Assembly (NCBI GenBank): GCA_963822965.1
Contig: CAWGJT010000005.1
Location: 1,568,001-1,632,000, forward strand
Direction of reading: 5' to 3'
DNA length: 64,000 nt
DNA from: an uncultured delta proteobacterium
Lineage (GTDB): Bacteria > Myxococcota_A > UBA9160 > UBA4427
The notes under the pieces were generated by a model, which did no database searches, had not been told where the DNA came from, and saw only the letters and a program-made list of their open reading frames with translations. This document shows, one piece after another, positions 18,442 through 28,348 of the stretch. The position numbers and the translations under genes are program-made. Every line of letters begins with the position of its first letter. Positions within the stretch are counted from its first letter, which is position 1.

Positions 18442-19118
18442 GTGATGCTCGAGCTCTTCCCCGGTCTACTTCTCCAGAGCGTGACCACCGGGCTCGCCAT
18501 CCTGCTGGCCGGCTTGCTGCTGATTCGCCCGCGGTGGAGCTCGCAGCCCCTGGGCCTCGTATTCGCCAGCGTGGTGATCGTTGCGCTCCCAGCACTCCTG
18601 CTCTGGATGGGTGCGAGCGAGCACGTCCATCACTCCAAGGAGACCGTGTTCTGCCTCTCCTGCCACTCCATGCAGCCCTACGGTCACAGCCTCGAAGAGC
18701 CCGATCAGGGGCTTCTCGCCGCACAGCACTTCGCCGATGGCCTCGTTCCCCGCGACCAGGCCTGCTACGCGTGCCATACGGAGTACACGATGTTCGGGGG
18801 TCTGCGCGCCAAGCTCAAGGGCTGCAGCACATGTGGTACGCGTACGCCAGTGAGCCACCGGACCCGATCGAGCTCTACCAGCCCTACGAAAATCGTGAGT
18901 GCCTCCATTGCCACGAGAACGCGCGCTCGTTCCTGCAGCACGCGGCGCACCAACCCGTCATGCAGAAGCTGACGAGCGGCGAGGTTTCCTGCCTGCTCTG
19001 CCACGGCCGCGTCCACGAGGTGAAGCCGGGCGCGGTGCGGGAGGCCGTGACCGGCGAGCGCCAGTTCAGCCTTCCGGTGGAAGTCGAGCAGCAGAGGGGA
19101 GCGAGATGGCTGCACTGA
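18442..19118 (+). CDS. NapC/NirT/NrfH-family membrane tetraheme cytochrome c (one apparent frameshift near 18820)
   Basis: Two N-terminal TM helices; CLSCHSM and CYACH in one frame, CLHCH and CLLCH in the next. One added G in AAGGGCTG joins LRAKLKG to LQHMWY. Confidence 0.85.
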
Positions 19119-19312
19119 GGAAGCTCCGCATCGGAATCGCGATTCTGGTCGCGGGAGAGAGCGTCGCGCTCGTGACCCAGGCGTGGCACGGGCCGCTGGC
19201 CTTCATCTCCTTCGCCGTATTCGGCGTGGGACTCGTCGCGCTGGGCATGGTCGTCGCGATCTGGGGAGCGATCCAATACGCGGCAGCCGAGACCCGAGTG
19301 AAGGAGCCGTGA
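19106..19312 (+). CDS. Small two-TM membrane protein
   Basis: ATG 19106 after GGGGAG; MAALRKLRIGIAILVAG...GAIQYAAAETRVKEP; overlaps the cytochrome stop. Confidence 0.65.
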   Translation: MAALRKLRIGIAILVAGESVALVTQAWHGPLAFISFAVFGVGLVALGMVVAIWGAIQYAAAETRVKEP

Positions 19313-19348
19313 ACGGACCGGATCGCCTTCCACCCGTCGGGAACCAGC

Positions 19349-20263
19349 ATGCAGCCGCGCATTCGAGAGGGCATCTGGCGACTCGCAGATCCCAAGATCA
19401 GCGTCACCTCCGCAGCAGCCATGATGGTGGGCGCTCCGGTGGCCGCACGGGATGCCGACCTCAGCGTGCTCTGGCTCGGGGTCACGATCCTCGCCCTCTT
19501 CTGCATGGAGGTCGCCAAGAACGCGTGGGGCGACGTGATCGACTACGACTCCGGCACGGACCTCGCCGTGGCGCCGGAAGACCGGACGAGCTTCTCCGGA
19601 GGCAAACGGGTGATGGTCGATGAGCTGCTCACCCGTCGCGAGACCTGGGCGGTCGCGTTCATCTTCGGCGGCCTCGGCGTGGCCCTGGGAGGCGCGATCG
19701 TCCTGCTGCAGGCGCCGCAGGCGGCGTGGATCGGCCTCGTGGGCCTCGCTCTCGGATGGTCCTACCACGGCCCCCCGCTGCGTCTCGCCTATCGGGGGCT
19801 GGGCGAGCTCGACGTGATCCTCTGCTACGGGCCGCTGATCTCGCTGTCCACCTACGTGATCCAGACCAACCGATACGAGTGGGACGTGGTCTGGCTCTCG
19901 CTTCCTCTGGGCCTCCTCATCATGGCCTTCCTGTGGGTCAACGAGTTTCCCGATCACGACGCCGACGAGGCCCACGGGAAGAACAACCTGGTCGTCAAAG
20001 TGGGCAAGCACACCGCCAGTCGACTCCTTCCCGTGATCTATGCCGCCGCCTTCGCTCTGCTCGCCGTCCTGCCCCTGGCAACCTCCCTGCCCGAAACGGT
20101 CCTGCTCGGGTGGATCGCGATACCGAGCGCCGTGACGGCATGCTTCTGGACCTGGCGGAACCCGGAGTCCTTCTATCGGGGGAAGGCCGTGCAGCCCATG
20201 GCGCTGCTCACCTTCGTCCTGTACTCGCTGGGTGCGGGCGGCGGTGTCCTGCTCTCCCTCTAG
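19349..20263 (+). CDS. menA: 1,4-dihydroxy-2-naphthoate octaprenyltransferase (MenA, UbiA prenyltransferase family)
   Basis: NAWGDVIDYDSGTD, SGGKRV, YHGPPLRLAYRGLGE, NEFPDHDADEAHGKNNLVV. Confidence 0.8.
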   Translation: MQPRIREGIWRLADPKISVTSAAAMMVGAPVAARDADLSVLWLGVTILALFCMEVAKNAWGDVIDYDSGTDLAVAPEDRTSFSGGKRVMVDELLTRRETWAVAFIFGGLGVALGGAIVLLQAPQAAWIGLVGLALGWSYHGPPLRLAYRGLGELDVILCYGPLISLSTYVIQTNRYEWDVVWLSLPLGLLIMAFLWVNEFPDHDADEAHGKNNLVVKVGKHTASRLLPVIYAAAFALLAVLPLATSLPETVLLGWIAIPSAVTACFWTWRNPESFYRGKAVQPMALLTFVLYSLGAGGGVLLSL

Positions 20264-20293
20264 AGGCCCGACCGAAACGTGCGACCTGCATTC

Positions 20294-20392
20294 GAGCGCC
20301 CCTGCGACGCCCTGCCTGCGTTCCGCTCCCATCCCCGTAGCTTCGGCTACGCCTCGGTCGCGCGCCTTGCCAGGACGCCGCAGATGACGCTC
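20294..20392. repeat. REP-like nested inverted-repeat element
   Basis: Outer arms CTGCGACGCCCTG (20302-20314) / CAGGACGCCGCAG (20371-20383); inner hairpin CGTAGC-TTCG-GCTACG (20336-20351). Confidence 0.45.
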
Positions 20393-20434
20393 TCGGTGCC
20401 GCGGTACACCTTCCGGCCGGGCCTCTAGCGTCCC

Positions 20435-21103
20435 ATGACCCGGACGCTCGCCCGCGCTCTCGACCTGGCCGTCGCCGGCCTGCTCGCGGTGCTGACGGCG
20501 CCGGCGCTGGCGCTGCTCGGCCTGGAAGTCCTCATCGCCAGCGGCCCGCCCGTGCTGCACCGCGAGATGCGCCTGGGGCGGTTCGGACGCCACTTCGAGC
20601 TCATCAAGCTGCGCACCCTACGGGCTGTGCCGGAGAACGCTTGCAGCATCGCCATCGAGGGCGATTCGAGGATCACCGGGATCGGTGGCTGGCTCCGGAG
20701 GTCCCGACTCGATGAGCTGCCGCAGCTGTACCTGGTCCTGACCGGAGAGATGAGCCTGGTGGGACCGCGGCCCCTGAAGCCCGAACACGCCGCATGCCTG
20801 CCGCCCGAGCTCCTCGCAGCTCTGCTGAGCGTGCGACCGGGCTTGACCGGCCCGGCGGCCATCGCGTTCCTGGCGGACGACGACGTACTCGGCGAGCGAC
20901 CGGAGGCCCGGGATCCGGCCAGAATCGAGTCGCTCTACCTGCGCAAGCTGCTGCCGGCGAAGGCTCGGCTCGACGCGGCGTATGTCGCCCATCGTACGCT
21001 CGGGAGCGACATCCTGGTCTTGTTTCGCACCCTTCGAGCCCTGGTCATGCCATCGCTGCGAGCTGCATCCCGCGCCCGGGTGGAGAATTTGCTGGGCAGC
21101 TGA
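20435..21103 (+). CDS. Bacterial sugar transferase (small monotopic phosphoglycosyl transferase, PglC/WcaJ-like catalytic domain)
   Basis: RALDLAVA, RLGRFGRHFELIKLRT, RITGIGGWLRRSRLDELPQL, GEMSLVGPRP, RPGLTG. Confidence 0.9.
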   Translation: MTRTLARALDLAVAGLLAVLTAPALALLGLEVLIASGPPVLHREMRLGRFGRHFELIKLRTLRAVPENACSIAIEGDSRITGIGGWLRRSRLDELPQLYLVLTGEMSLVGPRPLKPEHAACLPPELLAALLSVRPGLTGPAAIAFLADDDVLGERPEARDPARIESLYLRKLLPAKARLDAAYVAHRTLGSDILVLFRTLRALVMPSLRAASRARVENLLGS

Positions 21104-21181
21104 AGTGCGAGCTGCGACGCTCCCTCGCTCCAACTTCGCCCGAACGCCCTATTCTCTTCCGGAGCTTCGCAGGAGACCGGC

Positions 21182-23198
21182 ATGGAGCCCACCGATCGCG
21201 TCCAGCTTCGACGCGTCCTCGAGCACGCCGATCTCCGGGTGCTGCTCATGGTGCTCTATCACCGGACGGGAGATCGCCGCTGGCTCGAGCCGCCGTATCG
21301 CCCCCAGCGAGACGTCCGGCTGATCGCGGACGAGGACGCGGGCCTCGCACCGGAGGTCCGCGACGCCATTCGCGATGCCGCCGTCGACATCCTCTCCGAG
21401 CCGAGCACCGAGCCCGCCTTCGTCGATCCCGGCGACGATCGCATGGTCGAGATGATGAGCGCGTGCCTCGGCGAGCAGGTGCCGGCCGATTACGCGCCCA
21501 TGATGCGCGAGGAGATGGGCTTCGCGTCCCGCGACGTGGCGTGGCGCGACGGACGGCCGCCCGCGGAAGCGGCCACCCGGCAGTTCCTGATCGTGGGCGC
21601 CGGCGTGAGCGGCATCGCGCTCGGTGCTCGCCTCGAACGCCTGGGCATCCCGTACACCATCGTCGAACGCCGGGCGCAGGTCGGCGGAACCTGGTACGAG
21701 AATCGGTATCCGGGCTGCGGCGTCGACACGCCGAATCACGCCTACTCGTTCTCGATGGGCAGGCGATATCCCTGGCGGCGCTACTTCTCGGCGCAGGACC
21801 AGCTCCTCGACTACATGATCCGCTCGGCCGACGAGTTCGGCGTGCGCCCTCGCATCCGATTCGAGACCTCCGTCACGAGCGCCACCTGGAACGAGGAACG
21901 CTCGTGCTGGGAGGTGAGTCTCGCGACGCCGGCAGGCGCAGAGCGAGTCTGCGCCGACTTTCTCGTCAGCGCCATCGGCCAGTTCGGCGAGCCCTGGATT
22001 CCCCCCATCGAAGGCGCGAGCCGATTCGCCGGACCGAGCTTCCACTCCACCGCCTGGCCGCAGGACCTCGATCTCACGGGGCGCCGGGTCGCGCTCATCG
22101 GGACCGGCGCGACGTCGATGCAGATCGCGCCCGCGATCGCAGACCTTGTCGAGTCCTTGACCATCTATCCAGCGGAGCCCGCAGTGGGCACGCCCGATCT
22201 CCCGCTACCACGACCCGATTCCCGACGAAGCCCAGTGGCTGCTGGCCGCGGTCCCCTTCTACGCCGAGTGGTTTCGCTTCACGATGCTCTGGCGCTACGG
22301 CGACGGGCTGCTTCGCTTCCTTCGCAAGGACCCCGCCTGGCGCCATCCGGAGCGCTCCGTCAACCGGATCAACGACCGGCACCGCCAGGAGATGACGGAC
22401 CACATCGTCGCCCAGCTGGGAGAACGGACCGATCTCCACGAGGCGTGCATCCCCACCTACCCGCCCTACGGCAAACGGATCCTCCTCGACAACGGCTGGT
22501 TCACGACCATCCAGTGGCCGAACGTCGAGCTGGTGACGGATCCGATCGACCGCATCGAAGAGAAGGGGGTCGTCACGACGAGCGGCGAAGAGCGGCCCGC
22601 GGACGTCGTCGTCTACGCGACGGGCTTTCGGATGACGCAGATGACGGCGCGGCTCGACCTGCACGGCAAGAACGGCGTCGACCTGCGCGACGCGTGGCGG
22701 GACGACGACCCGACGGCGTACCTGGGCATTTCCGTTCCGCGCTTTCCGAACCTCTTCCTGATGCTGGGTCCCAACACCGGCCTGGGCCATGGAGGCAGCG
22801 CGATCTTCCAGTCCGAGTGCCAGGCGCGCTACATCACGAGCCTCGCCGTCCAGATGATCGAGCGCGACATCCGCTCGGTGGACGTGAAACAGGCCGTTCA
22901 CGACGAGTACGTCGAGCGCGTCGACGCCGAGCACGAGCAGCTGATCTGGACGCACCCGGGCATGTCGACCTACTACCGGAACGCGCGCGGGCGCGTCTTC
23001 TCGGTGATGCCGTGGCGGCTCGTCGACTACTGGAAGATGACCCACGACGCCGAGCTCGACGACTACGAGTGCGACGGACGAGGAGCCACGGCGCCCCGAC
23101 CACGAGCGGCGGAGGGAGGCGACCGCGACGCGGATCCCGCCGCCCGTCGCGCACGGCGGGACAAGCGGGCCCCGCGTCCCAATCCGCCCAGGCGCTGA
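21182..23198 (+). CDS. Baeyer-Villiger monooxygenase, 4-hydroxyacetophenone monooxygenase-like (one apparent +1 frameshift near 22168)
   Basis: GAGVSG, GGTWYENRYPGCGVD, BVMO fingerprint FAGPSFHSTAWP, GTGATS. After the shift: IYQRSPQW...YGKRILLDNGW, YATGF, FPNLFLMLGPN. Confidence 0.88.
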
Positions 23199-23232
23199 TT
23201 CCGCCGCGGGAACGCAGCCGCCCGTCGAGGCC

Positions 23233-23649
23233 TCAGTCGGACGACTTCAGCCTGTCCGCCACCCAGCCGGCCAGGGTCGCGTAGAGCCCTTCCATGGCCT
23301 GCCGGGCCGCCTCGGGGTCTCCCTTCGGCTCGTAGGTGCAGCTCCAGTCGAGCTCGCTGCCCGTGCCCTTCGGGCGCACGACCATCGTCGAGCGGTAGTC
23401 GCTGGCCGGAAAGGGAAGCTCGCCGGGAATCGTGTACACCAGCGTGCGCGTCTCGTGGTCGACGGACTCCAGGGTCTCGGGCAGGGTCATGGCGCCCGCG
23501 CCCACGTGCCGGATCATGCCGGGGCCCTCGCCCTCGACACGGCACTCGGTGCCCGCCGGCATCCAGCTCGTGTTCGCGAAATCCGAGACCAGGGCCCAGA
23601 CCTTCTCAACGGGCTGCTCGAGCTCCTTCTTGACACCGACCTTCGCCAT
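23233..23649 (-). CDS. SRPBCC (polyketide cyclase/START-like) family protein
   Basis: MAKVGVKKELEQPVEKVWALVSDFANTSWMP...ETLESVDHETRTLVYTI; RBS GAGGAG. Confidence 0.85.
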   Translation of the reverse strand: MAKVGVKKELEQPVEKVWALVSDFANTSWMPAGTECRVEGEGPGMIRHVGAGAMTLPETLESVDHETRTLVYTIPGELPFPASDYRSTMVVRPKGTGSELDWSCTYEPKGDPEAARQAMEGLYATLAGWVADRLKSSD

Positions 23650-23735
23650 CTCGTCTCCTCGTCGTTTCTCTTGCGTTCCGCCCGGCGGATGCTCGACCGC
23701 TCCGCGCGCGCTGCTTCTTCGTTCGCCGACCCGGA

Positions 23736-24482
23736 TCAGACCAGCAGACCGCCGTCGGCGACGAACTCGGACCCCGTGCAGTAGCTCGATTCGTCCGAGA
23801 GGAGGAATAGCGCCAGCCGCGCGATCTCGATGGGCTGTCCGATGCGTCCGAGCGGGAGCTTGCCGTGCGGGCTCTCCGCGGAGGGCTCCCGGGTTCGACC
23901 GCCGAAGCTTCGGGACATCTCCGTGTCGACGCCACCCGGGTGAATCGAGTTCACCCGGATTCCGTGGGGCCCGAGTTCGAGGGCGGCCGTGCGCGTGAGA
24001 CCGCGGATGCCGAACTTGCTGGACACGTAGCCCACCGCCCTGGGAACCGCCTTGAAGCCCGCAGTCGAAGACACGTTCACGATCGAGCCGCCGCCGCCGT
24101 CGCGAAGCGCGCGGCCCACCGTCTGGACACCGAGGAAGCTGCCCACGAGATTCACGTCGATCACCCGCCGGTAGTCGTCGACGTCCATCTCGAGCAGCGG
24201 CCGGGCCACGAGAATGCCCGCGTTGTTGACCAGCCCGTCGACGCCGCCGAATCGATCGAGGGCGGCTTCCACGAACGCGCGCCACTCGTCGGGCTTCGTC
24301 ACGTCCAGGTGGCGGTAGAGCGCGGCTTCGCCGAGCGACGCGGCGACCGCCTCGCCTTCGGCGTCCAGCACGTCGCCGAGAACCACCTTCGCACCCTCTT
24401 CGACGAAGAGCCGTGCCTCGGCCTCTCCCTGGCCCCGAGCCGCACCGGTGACGAGAACGACCTTGTCTGCGAGTCTGCGCAT
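23736..24482 (-). CDS. SDR oxidoreductase (3alpha,20beta-hydroxysteroid dehydrogenase-like)
   Basis: TGAARGQGEAEAR, NNAG, YVSSKF, IRVNSIHPG, SYCTGSEFVADGG. Confidence 0.9.
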   Translation of the reverse strand: MRRLADKVVLVTGAARGQGEAEARLFVEEGAKVVLGDVLDAEGEAVAASLGEAALYRHLDVTKPDEWRAFVEAALDRFGGVDGLVNNAGILVARPLLEMDVDDYRRVIDVNLVGSFLGVQTVGRALRDGGGGSIVNVSSTAGFKAVPRAVGYVSSKFGIRGLTRTAALELGPHGIRVNSIHPGGVDTEMSRSFGGRTREPSAESPHGKLPLGRIGQPIEIARLALFLLSDESSYCTGSEFVADGGLLV

Positions 24483-24492
24483 CGTCCCTTAG

Positions 24493-24528
24493 GGATTCGG
24501 AGGCGGATTCAGAGGCGGATTCGGAAGC
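24493..24528. repeat. Three tandem 12-bp direct repeats
   Basis: GGATTCGGAGGC / GGATTCAGAGGC / GGATTCGGAAGC fill most of the RRM-SDR intergenic gap. Confidence 0.8.
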
Positions 24529-24798
24529 TCAGCGGCGGGGCGGTCCCGCTCCTCGCTCGCGGGCCTCGTTCACCCGCAGACTCCGCCGATCGAGCTCGAA
24601 GCCGTCGAGGGCGCGGATCGCGTTGTCCGCCGCGCCGCCATCCTCCATCTCCACGAAGCCGAAGCCTCGGGAGCGTCCCGTCTCCCGATCCATGATGACC
24701 TTGGCCGACGTCACCTTGCCGTGCTTGGCGAAGAGCTCCTCGAGCTGCTCGTCGGTGGCCGAGAACGGAAGATTCCCCACGTAGATCTTCTTGGGCAC
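24529..24798 (-). CDS. RNA-binding protein (single RRM)
   Basis: RNP2 IYVGNLPF, RNP1 RGFGFVEM, LRVNEARER. Confidence 0.93.
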   Translation of the reverse strand: MPKKIYVGNLPFSATDEQLEELFAKHGKVTSAKVIMDRETGRSRGFGFVEMEDGGAADNAIRALDGFELDRRSLRVNEARERGAGPPRR

Positions 24799-25143
24799 CT
24801 GCCAGTACCTCTCTCTACCTGCGCTGTCCGGGCCCGGTCGTCCCCGTGTCGGTCTCGCGCTGATCGGGGCTCCAGGGCGACCAGATGGCTCAGGGCTTCG
24901 GAGACTCGCCCTCCTCTCGAGGATCGAGCAAGGGCCGAGCCGCCCTGCGGCAACCCGGCCCAGAACCCTCGAATTCTACTGGAAACCCGAATGCAAAGGG
25001 GAATTCGCTCGCTCGGTCGGCGAGAGGCGGGTGGAGACGGCACCGGCCCGGCGGGCGCTCTCGCGGCCCTCGAGGGCCGCGAGAGATGCCCGGCCAGGCC
25101 TCCCGGCATCTGGCCGGAAGCCACGAGCCGGTCCGGGGACGGC

Positions 25144-26217
25144 CTACCGAACGATCTCGATCTCCGTGCGGCGATTGGCACGCCGGTGCACGTCGGTGTC
25201 GTTCGGCATCAGCGGCGCGTCGGGACCCACGCCCTCGATCTCGATCCGACCCGGCGCCACGCCCGCCTGGACGAGGGCGTCCCGGGTGGCCTGGGCCCGC
25301 CGCATGGAGAGCGCGCGGTTGTAGTCGGGGTTCCCCGAGCTGTCCGTGTGACCGCGGACCACCACCCGGGCGTCCGGACTCTGCTTCAGCTGCCGGGAGA
25401 CGTCGTCGATCTCGCTCTGGTACCGCGAGTCGACGCTCGAGCTGTCGAGACCGAACTGGATGGACCACGGTCCGCGGTCGCCCGGTGCGGCGACCGGGGG
25501 CGCCGCGCTGACCGCCGGCGGGGCCGGCCGCGACTTCAGGAACACCTGCCGGTGGAACGCGTGCAGCTGCGGCTCGCTGGCTGCGGCGCTGGCCGTGCGG
25601 AAGCTTCCGCAGGACGTCACCTCCGAGATGCTGCGCAGGAGCTGGGCACCGACCTCGCTGTCGCCCACCTGCACGGTATGGAAGCAGACGGTTCCGTCGT
25701 GGGCGCTGGCCACCTCGCGGGCGGCCTCGACCACTCGCTCGTCCTCGACGGCGCGCCCGAACTCGTCCGTGGCGAGCCCGTCGCTGAAGATGACCACCGC
25801 CGCCCGGCCTTTCTCGCTGGAGAGGGAATCCCGAGCCTCGCCCAGCACCTTGTGGATGGGCGTCCCCCCGCGCAGGTGCTCGAGCCGCGCGGCGTTGGCC
25901 TCGAGGGTCGAGCGATCCAGGGGCGAGAGCGGCGTCGTCTGCCGCTCGAAGCCGCCGAAGGCCACCGTCCCGGCCTCGTAGCGGCCGGCGGGCACCGAGG
26001 CCACGTAGGCCTCCACCAGGGCGCGCTCCTCGGGGAAGAGGCTCGAATCCGGCACCGAGCCAGACGCGTCGACGATGACCAGCAGCTGATCGAGGGCGAC
26101 CACCTCGTTGGCGCGGGGCTTCAGGGGAGCCGCTTCCACCTTGGCAACCTGGGGCTGGGGGGTCGCACAGGCGACGAGCCCCAGCAGCAGCACGGAGACG
26201 AGGGAAGTTCGGAGCAT
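25144..26217 (-). CDS. Lipoprotein with a vWA domain and a C-terminal OmpA-like peptidoglycan-binding domain
   Basis: Lipobox LVAC; MIDAS motif VDASGSV, GGTPI, IFSDG; OmpA motifs GHTDSSGNPDYNRALSMRRA and NRRTEI. Confidence 0.88.
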   Translation of the reverse strand: MLRTSLVSVLLLGLVACATPQPQVAKVEAAPLKPRANEVVALDQLLVIVDASGSVPDSSLFPEERALVEAYVASVPAGRYEAGTVAFGGFERQTTPLSPLDRSTLEANAARLEHLRGGTPIHKVLGEARDSLSSEKGRAAVVIFSDGLATDEFGRAVEDERVVEAAREVASAHDGTVCFHTVQVGDSEVGAQLLRSISEVTSCGSFRTASAAASEPQLHAFHRQVFLKSRPAPPAVSAAPPVAAPGDRGPWSIQFGLDSSSVDSRYQSEIDDVSRQLKQSPDARVVVRGHTDSSGNPDYNRALSMRRAQATRDALVQAGVAPGRIEIEGVGPDAPLMPNDTDVHRRANRRTEIEIVR

Positions 26218-26674
26218 CTTGATGGATCCTTTCTGACTGGTGGTCTGGCGGTGCATCCTCCGGCTCCGCTCGAAGCGGACGGGATGCCGCGGACCGCGGG
26301 GGGATGGGGGCGTACGGCGCGTGACCCTGCCGACGGACGCCTGCCTTCTGGCGTCCCCACGATGCTAGCCGACACATCGCAGCCGACACGTCGGGACGAC
26401 CCGCCGTTGCTCGCGGCAAGCGACCGGCGGGGGGAGGAGACCCGCGGTCACGCGAGGTCGCGAAGCCCCGCCGCCTCCTGGCGGCGGCCCATCGTTCCCG
26501 GGGGAGCGGCTCCCTGGGAATGCGGGACCCGGCCCGACCCGGACGACGAGGGGCGAGGAAGGGGGCGGGGTCCCGGTGGGGCGGGATAGTATCGCCCCTC
26601 GACCTCGCGCCCGATCCACGGTCCGGCTCCGAGCCGAAGGACGCGCCCCGTTCCCAACCGAGAGGAGAGCCCGC

Positions 26675-27058
26675 ATGGAGCTCGTCGTCATCGTCATCGC
26701 CCTGGCACTCATGGAGTACGTCTACATCGCCTTCCAGGTGGGCTCCGGGCGCACCAAGTACGGGGTGCCCGCCCCCGCCATCAGCGGCCACCCCACCTTC
26801 GAGCGGCTGTACCGCGTGCAGATGAACACCCTGGAGCAGCTGATCGTCTTCCTGCCCTCCATCTGGTTCTTCGGCGTGTACGTGAGCGCCGCCGTGGCCG
26901 CCGTGCTGGGCGTGGTCTTCATCGTCGGCCGGTTCATCTACCTGACGAGCTACGTGCAGGATCCCGAGAAGCGCAGCATGGGCTTCATGCTCACCTTCGG
27001 CCCCAACGTCATCCTGCTGATCGGCGCACTCATCGGGGCCGTCGTGCGGCTCCTGTAG
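26675..27058 (+). CDS. MAPEG family membrane protein
   Basis: VGSGRTKYGVPAPAISGHPTFERLYRVQMNTLEQ; four TM segments. Confidence 0.9.
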   Translation: MELVVIVIALALMEYVYIAFQVGSGRTKYGVPAPAISGHPTFERLYRVQMNTLEQLIVFLPSIWFFGVYVSAAVAAVLGVVFIVGRFIYLTSYVQDPEKRSMGFMLTFGPNVILLIGALIGAVVRLL

Positions 27059-27091
27059 TCGCTCGAATCCCTCCGCGCGGTGGAGATCGGC

Positions 27092-28129
27092 TCAGTCCTG
27101 CCGGGGATCGACCAGGATCTTCACCGCGCCGTCGCCCGAGAGCAGGCGTCGGAACGCCGGCTCGAGGTCGGCGAGGCCGACGGTGGCGGTGTGCAGGGGG
27201 TCGAGCTGCAGGCGACCGTCCACGACCAGCTGCATCGCCACGTCGAACTCCTCGTGCAGGTAGCCCAGGGACGCGACGAGCCGGATCTCGCGCGCGAGCC
27301 AGGCCGCGGGCGCGATCCGGGCGGGCGCGGTGGCGAGCCCCACCAGCGAGACCAGTCCACCGCGACGGGCGAGCCCCGCGGACTGGTCGATGGTGGCGGG
27401 GATGCCCGCACACTCGAAGACCACGTCGGCGCCCCCGGGCCCGCACTGCTCGCGGATGCGCGATTCGAACCCGGGGTCGGCGGGGTCGACGATCGCGCTG
27501 GCCCCGAGCCTGGCGGCCAGCTCCGCGCGGCTCGGTTCGGGCTCGACGACCACGACCCGGGCCGCCCCCGCGGCGAACGCGGCCTGCTGCACCAGCAGCC
27601 CGATGGGCCCGGCGCCCAGCACGACCACCACGTCTCCGAGCCGGAGGGGGGTGCGGCGCACGGCGTGGACCGCCACCGCGGCCGGCTCGAGCATCGAGGC
27701 CTGCACGAGGGAGATCTCGGGACGCAGCCCGTAGAGCCTGGCGGCCTCGACGCCGATGGCTCGCGCGAATCCGCCGTGGGCCGGGGAGAGCGGTCCCTGA
27801 CCGAGCAGGCTCGCCAGCAACGCGCCGCAGTGGGCGGGGTCGCCGGCTCGACACTCCCGGCAGGCTCCGCACGCGGGCGCCACGCCGATGCCCACGCGAT
27901 CGCCTTCGCGCACGTTGTCGACACCGGCGCCCACGGCCGAGACCGTGCCCGACCACTCGTGCCCGCAGAGCGCCGGGCTGTAGGGCACCCCCTCGTGATA
28001 GGCGTGCAGGTCGGTCCCGCAGATGCCGCAGCACGCGATCTCGACCACGGCCTTGCCCGGCGTCGGCTCCGGATCGGGAAAGTCACGAAGCTCGATGCGC
28101 TCGCGACCCGTCACGAGAGCGACCTGCAT
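27092..28129 (-). CDS. Zinc-dependent medium-chain alcohol dehydrogenase (butanediol/threonine dehydrogenase-like)
   Basis: CGICGTDLH, GHEWSG, CGACRECRAGDPAHC, GAGPIG. Confidence 0.9.
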   Translation of the reverse strand: MQVALVTGRERIELRDFPDPEPTPGKAVVEIACCGICGTDLHAYHEGVPYSPALCGHEWSGTVSAVGAGVDNVREGDRVGIGVAPACGACRECRAGDPAHCGALLASLLGQGPLSPAHGGFARAIGVEAARLYGLRPEISLVQASMLEPAAVAVHAVRRTPLRLGDVVVVLGAGPIGLLVQQAAFAAGAARVVVVEPEPSRAELAARLGASAIVDPADPGFESRIREQCGPGGADVVFECAGIPATIDQSAGLARRGGLVSLVGLATAPARIAPAAWLAREIRLVASLGYLHEEFDVAMQLVVDGRLQLDPLHTATVGLADLEPAFRRLLSGDGAVKILVDPRQD

Positions 28130-28348
28130 GCGGGTTCTCCTCGCCCGGCTCCCCTCGCCCGGCCCTCGTCGCGTCGTGATCGGACCCGGCGCGTCCTCCG
28201 CAGAAGCAGACACGGGAGGCCCGAAGAGCGGCGAATTGTAGCGATGTGGCCCTCCTCCGGGCACGCCGTCGGCGGGCACTCGCGTGCCCCGGGGCTGGAC
28301 TATGCTCGAAGACCCGCCGGCCGCAGCGCGGCCGCCCTGGAGATTGCC

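Noticed and set aside
17700..23200. Horizontally acquired islet
   Set aside because: Codon bias looks slightly weaker by eye, but I cannot quantify it, and there is no integrase, tRNA or flanking direct repeat.
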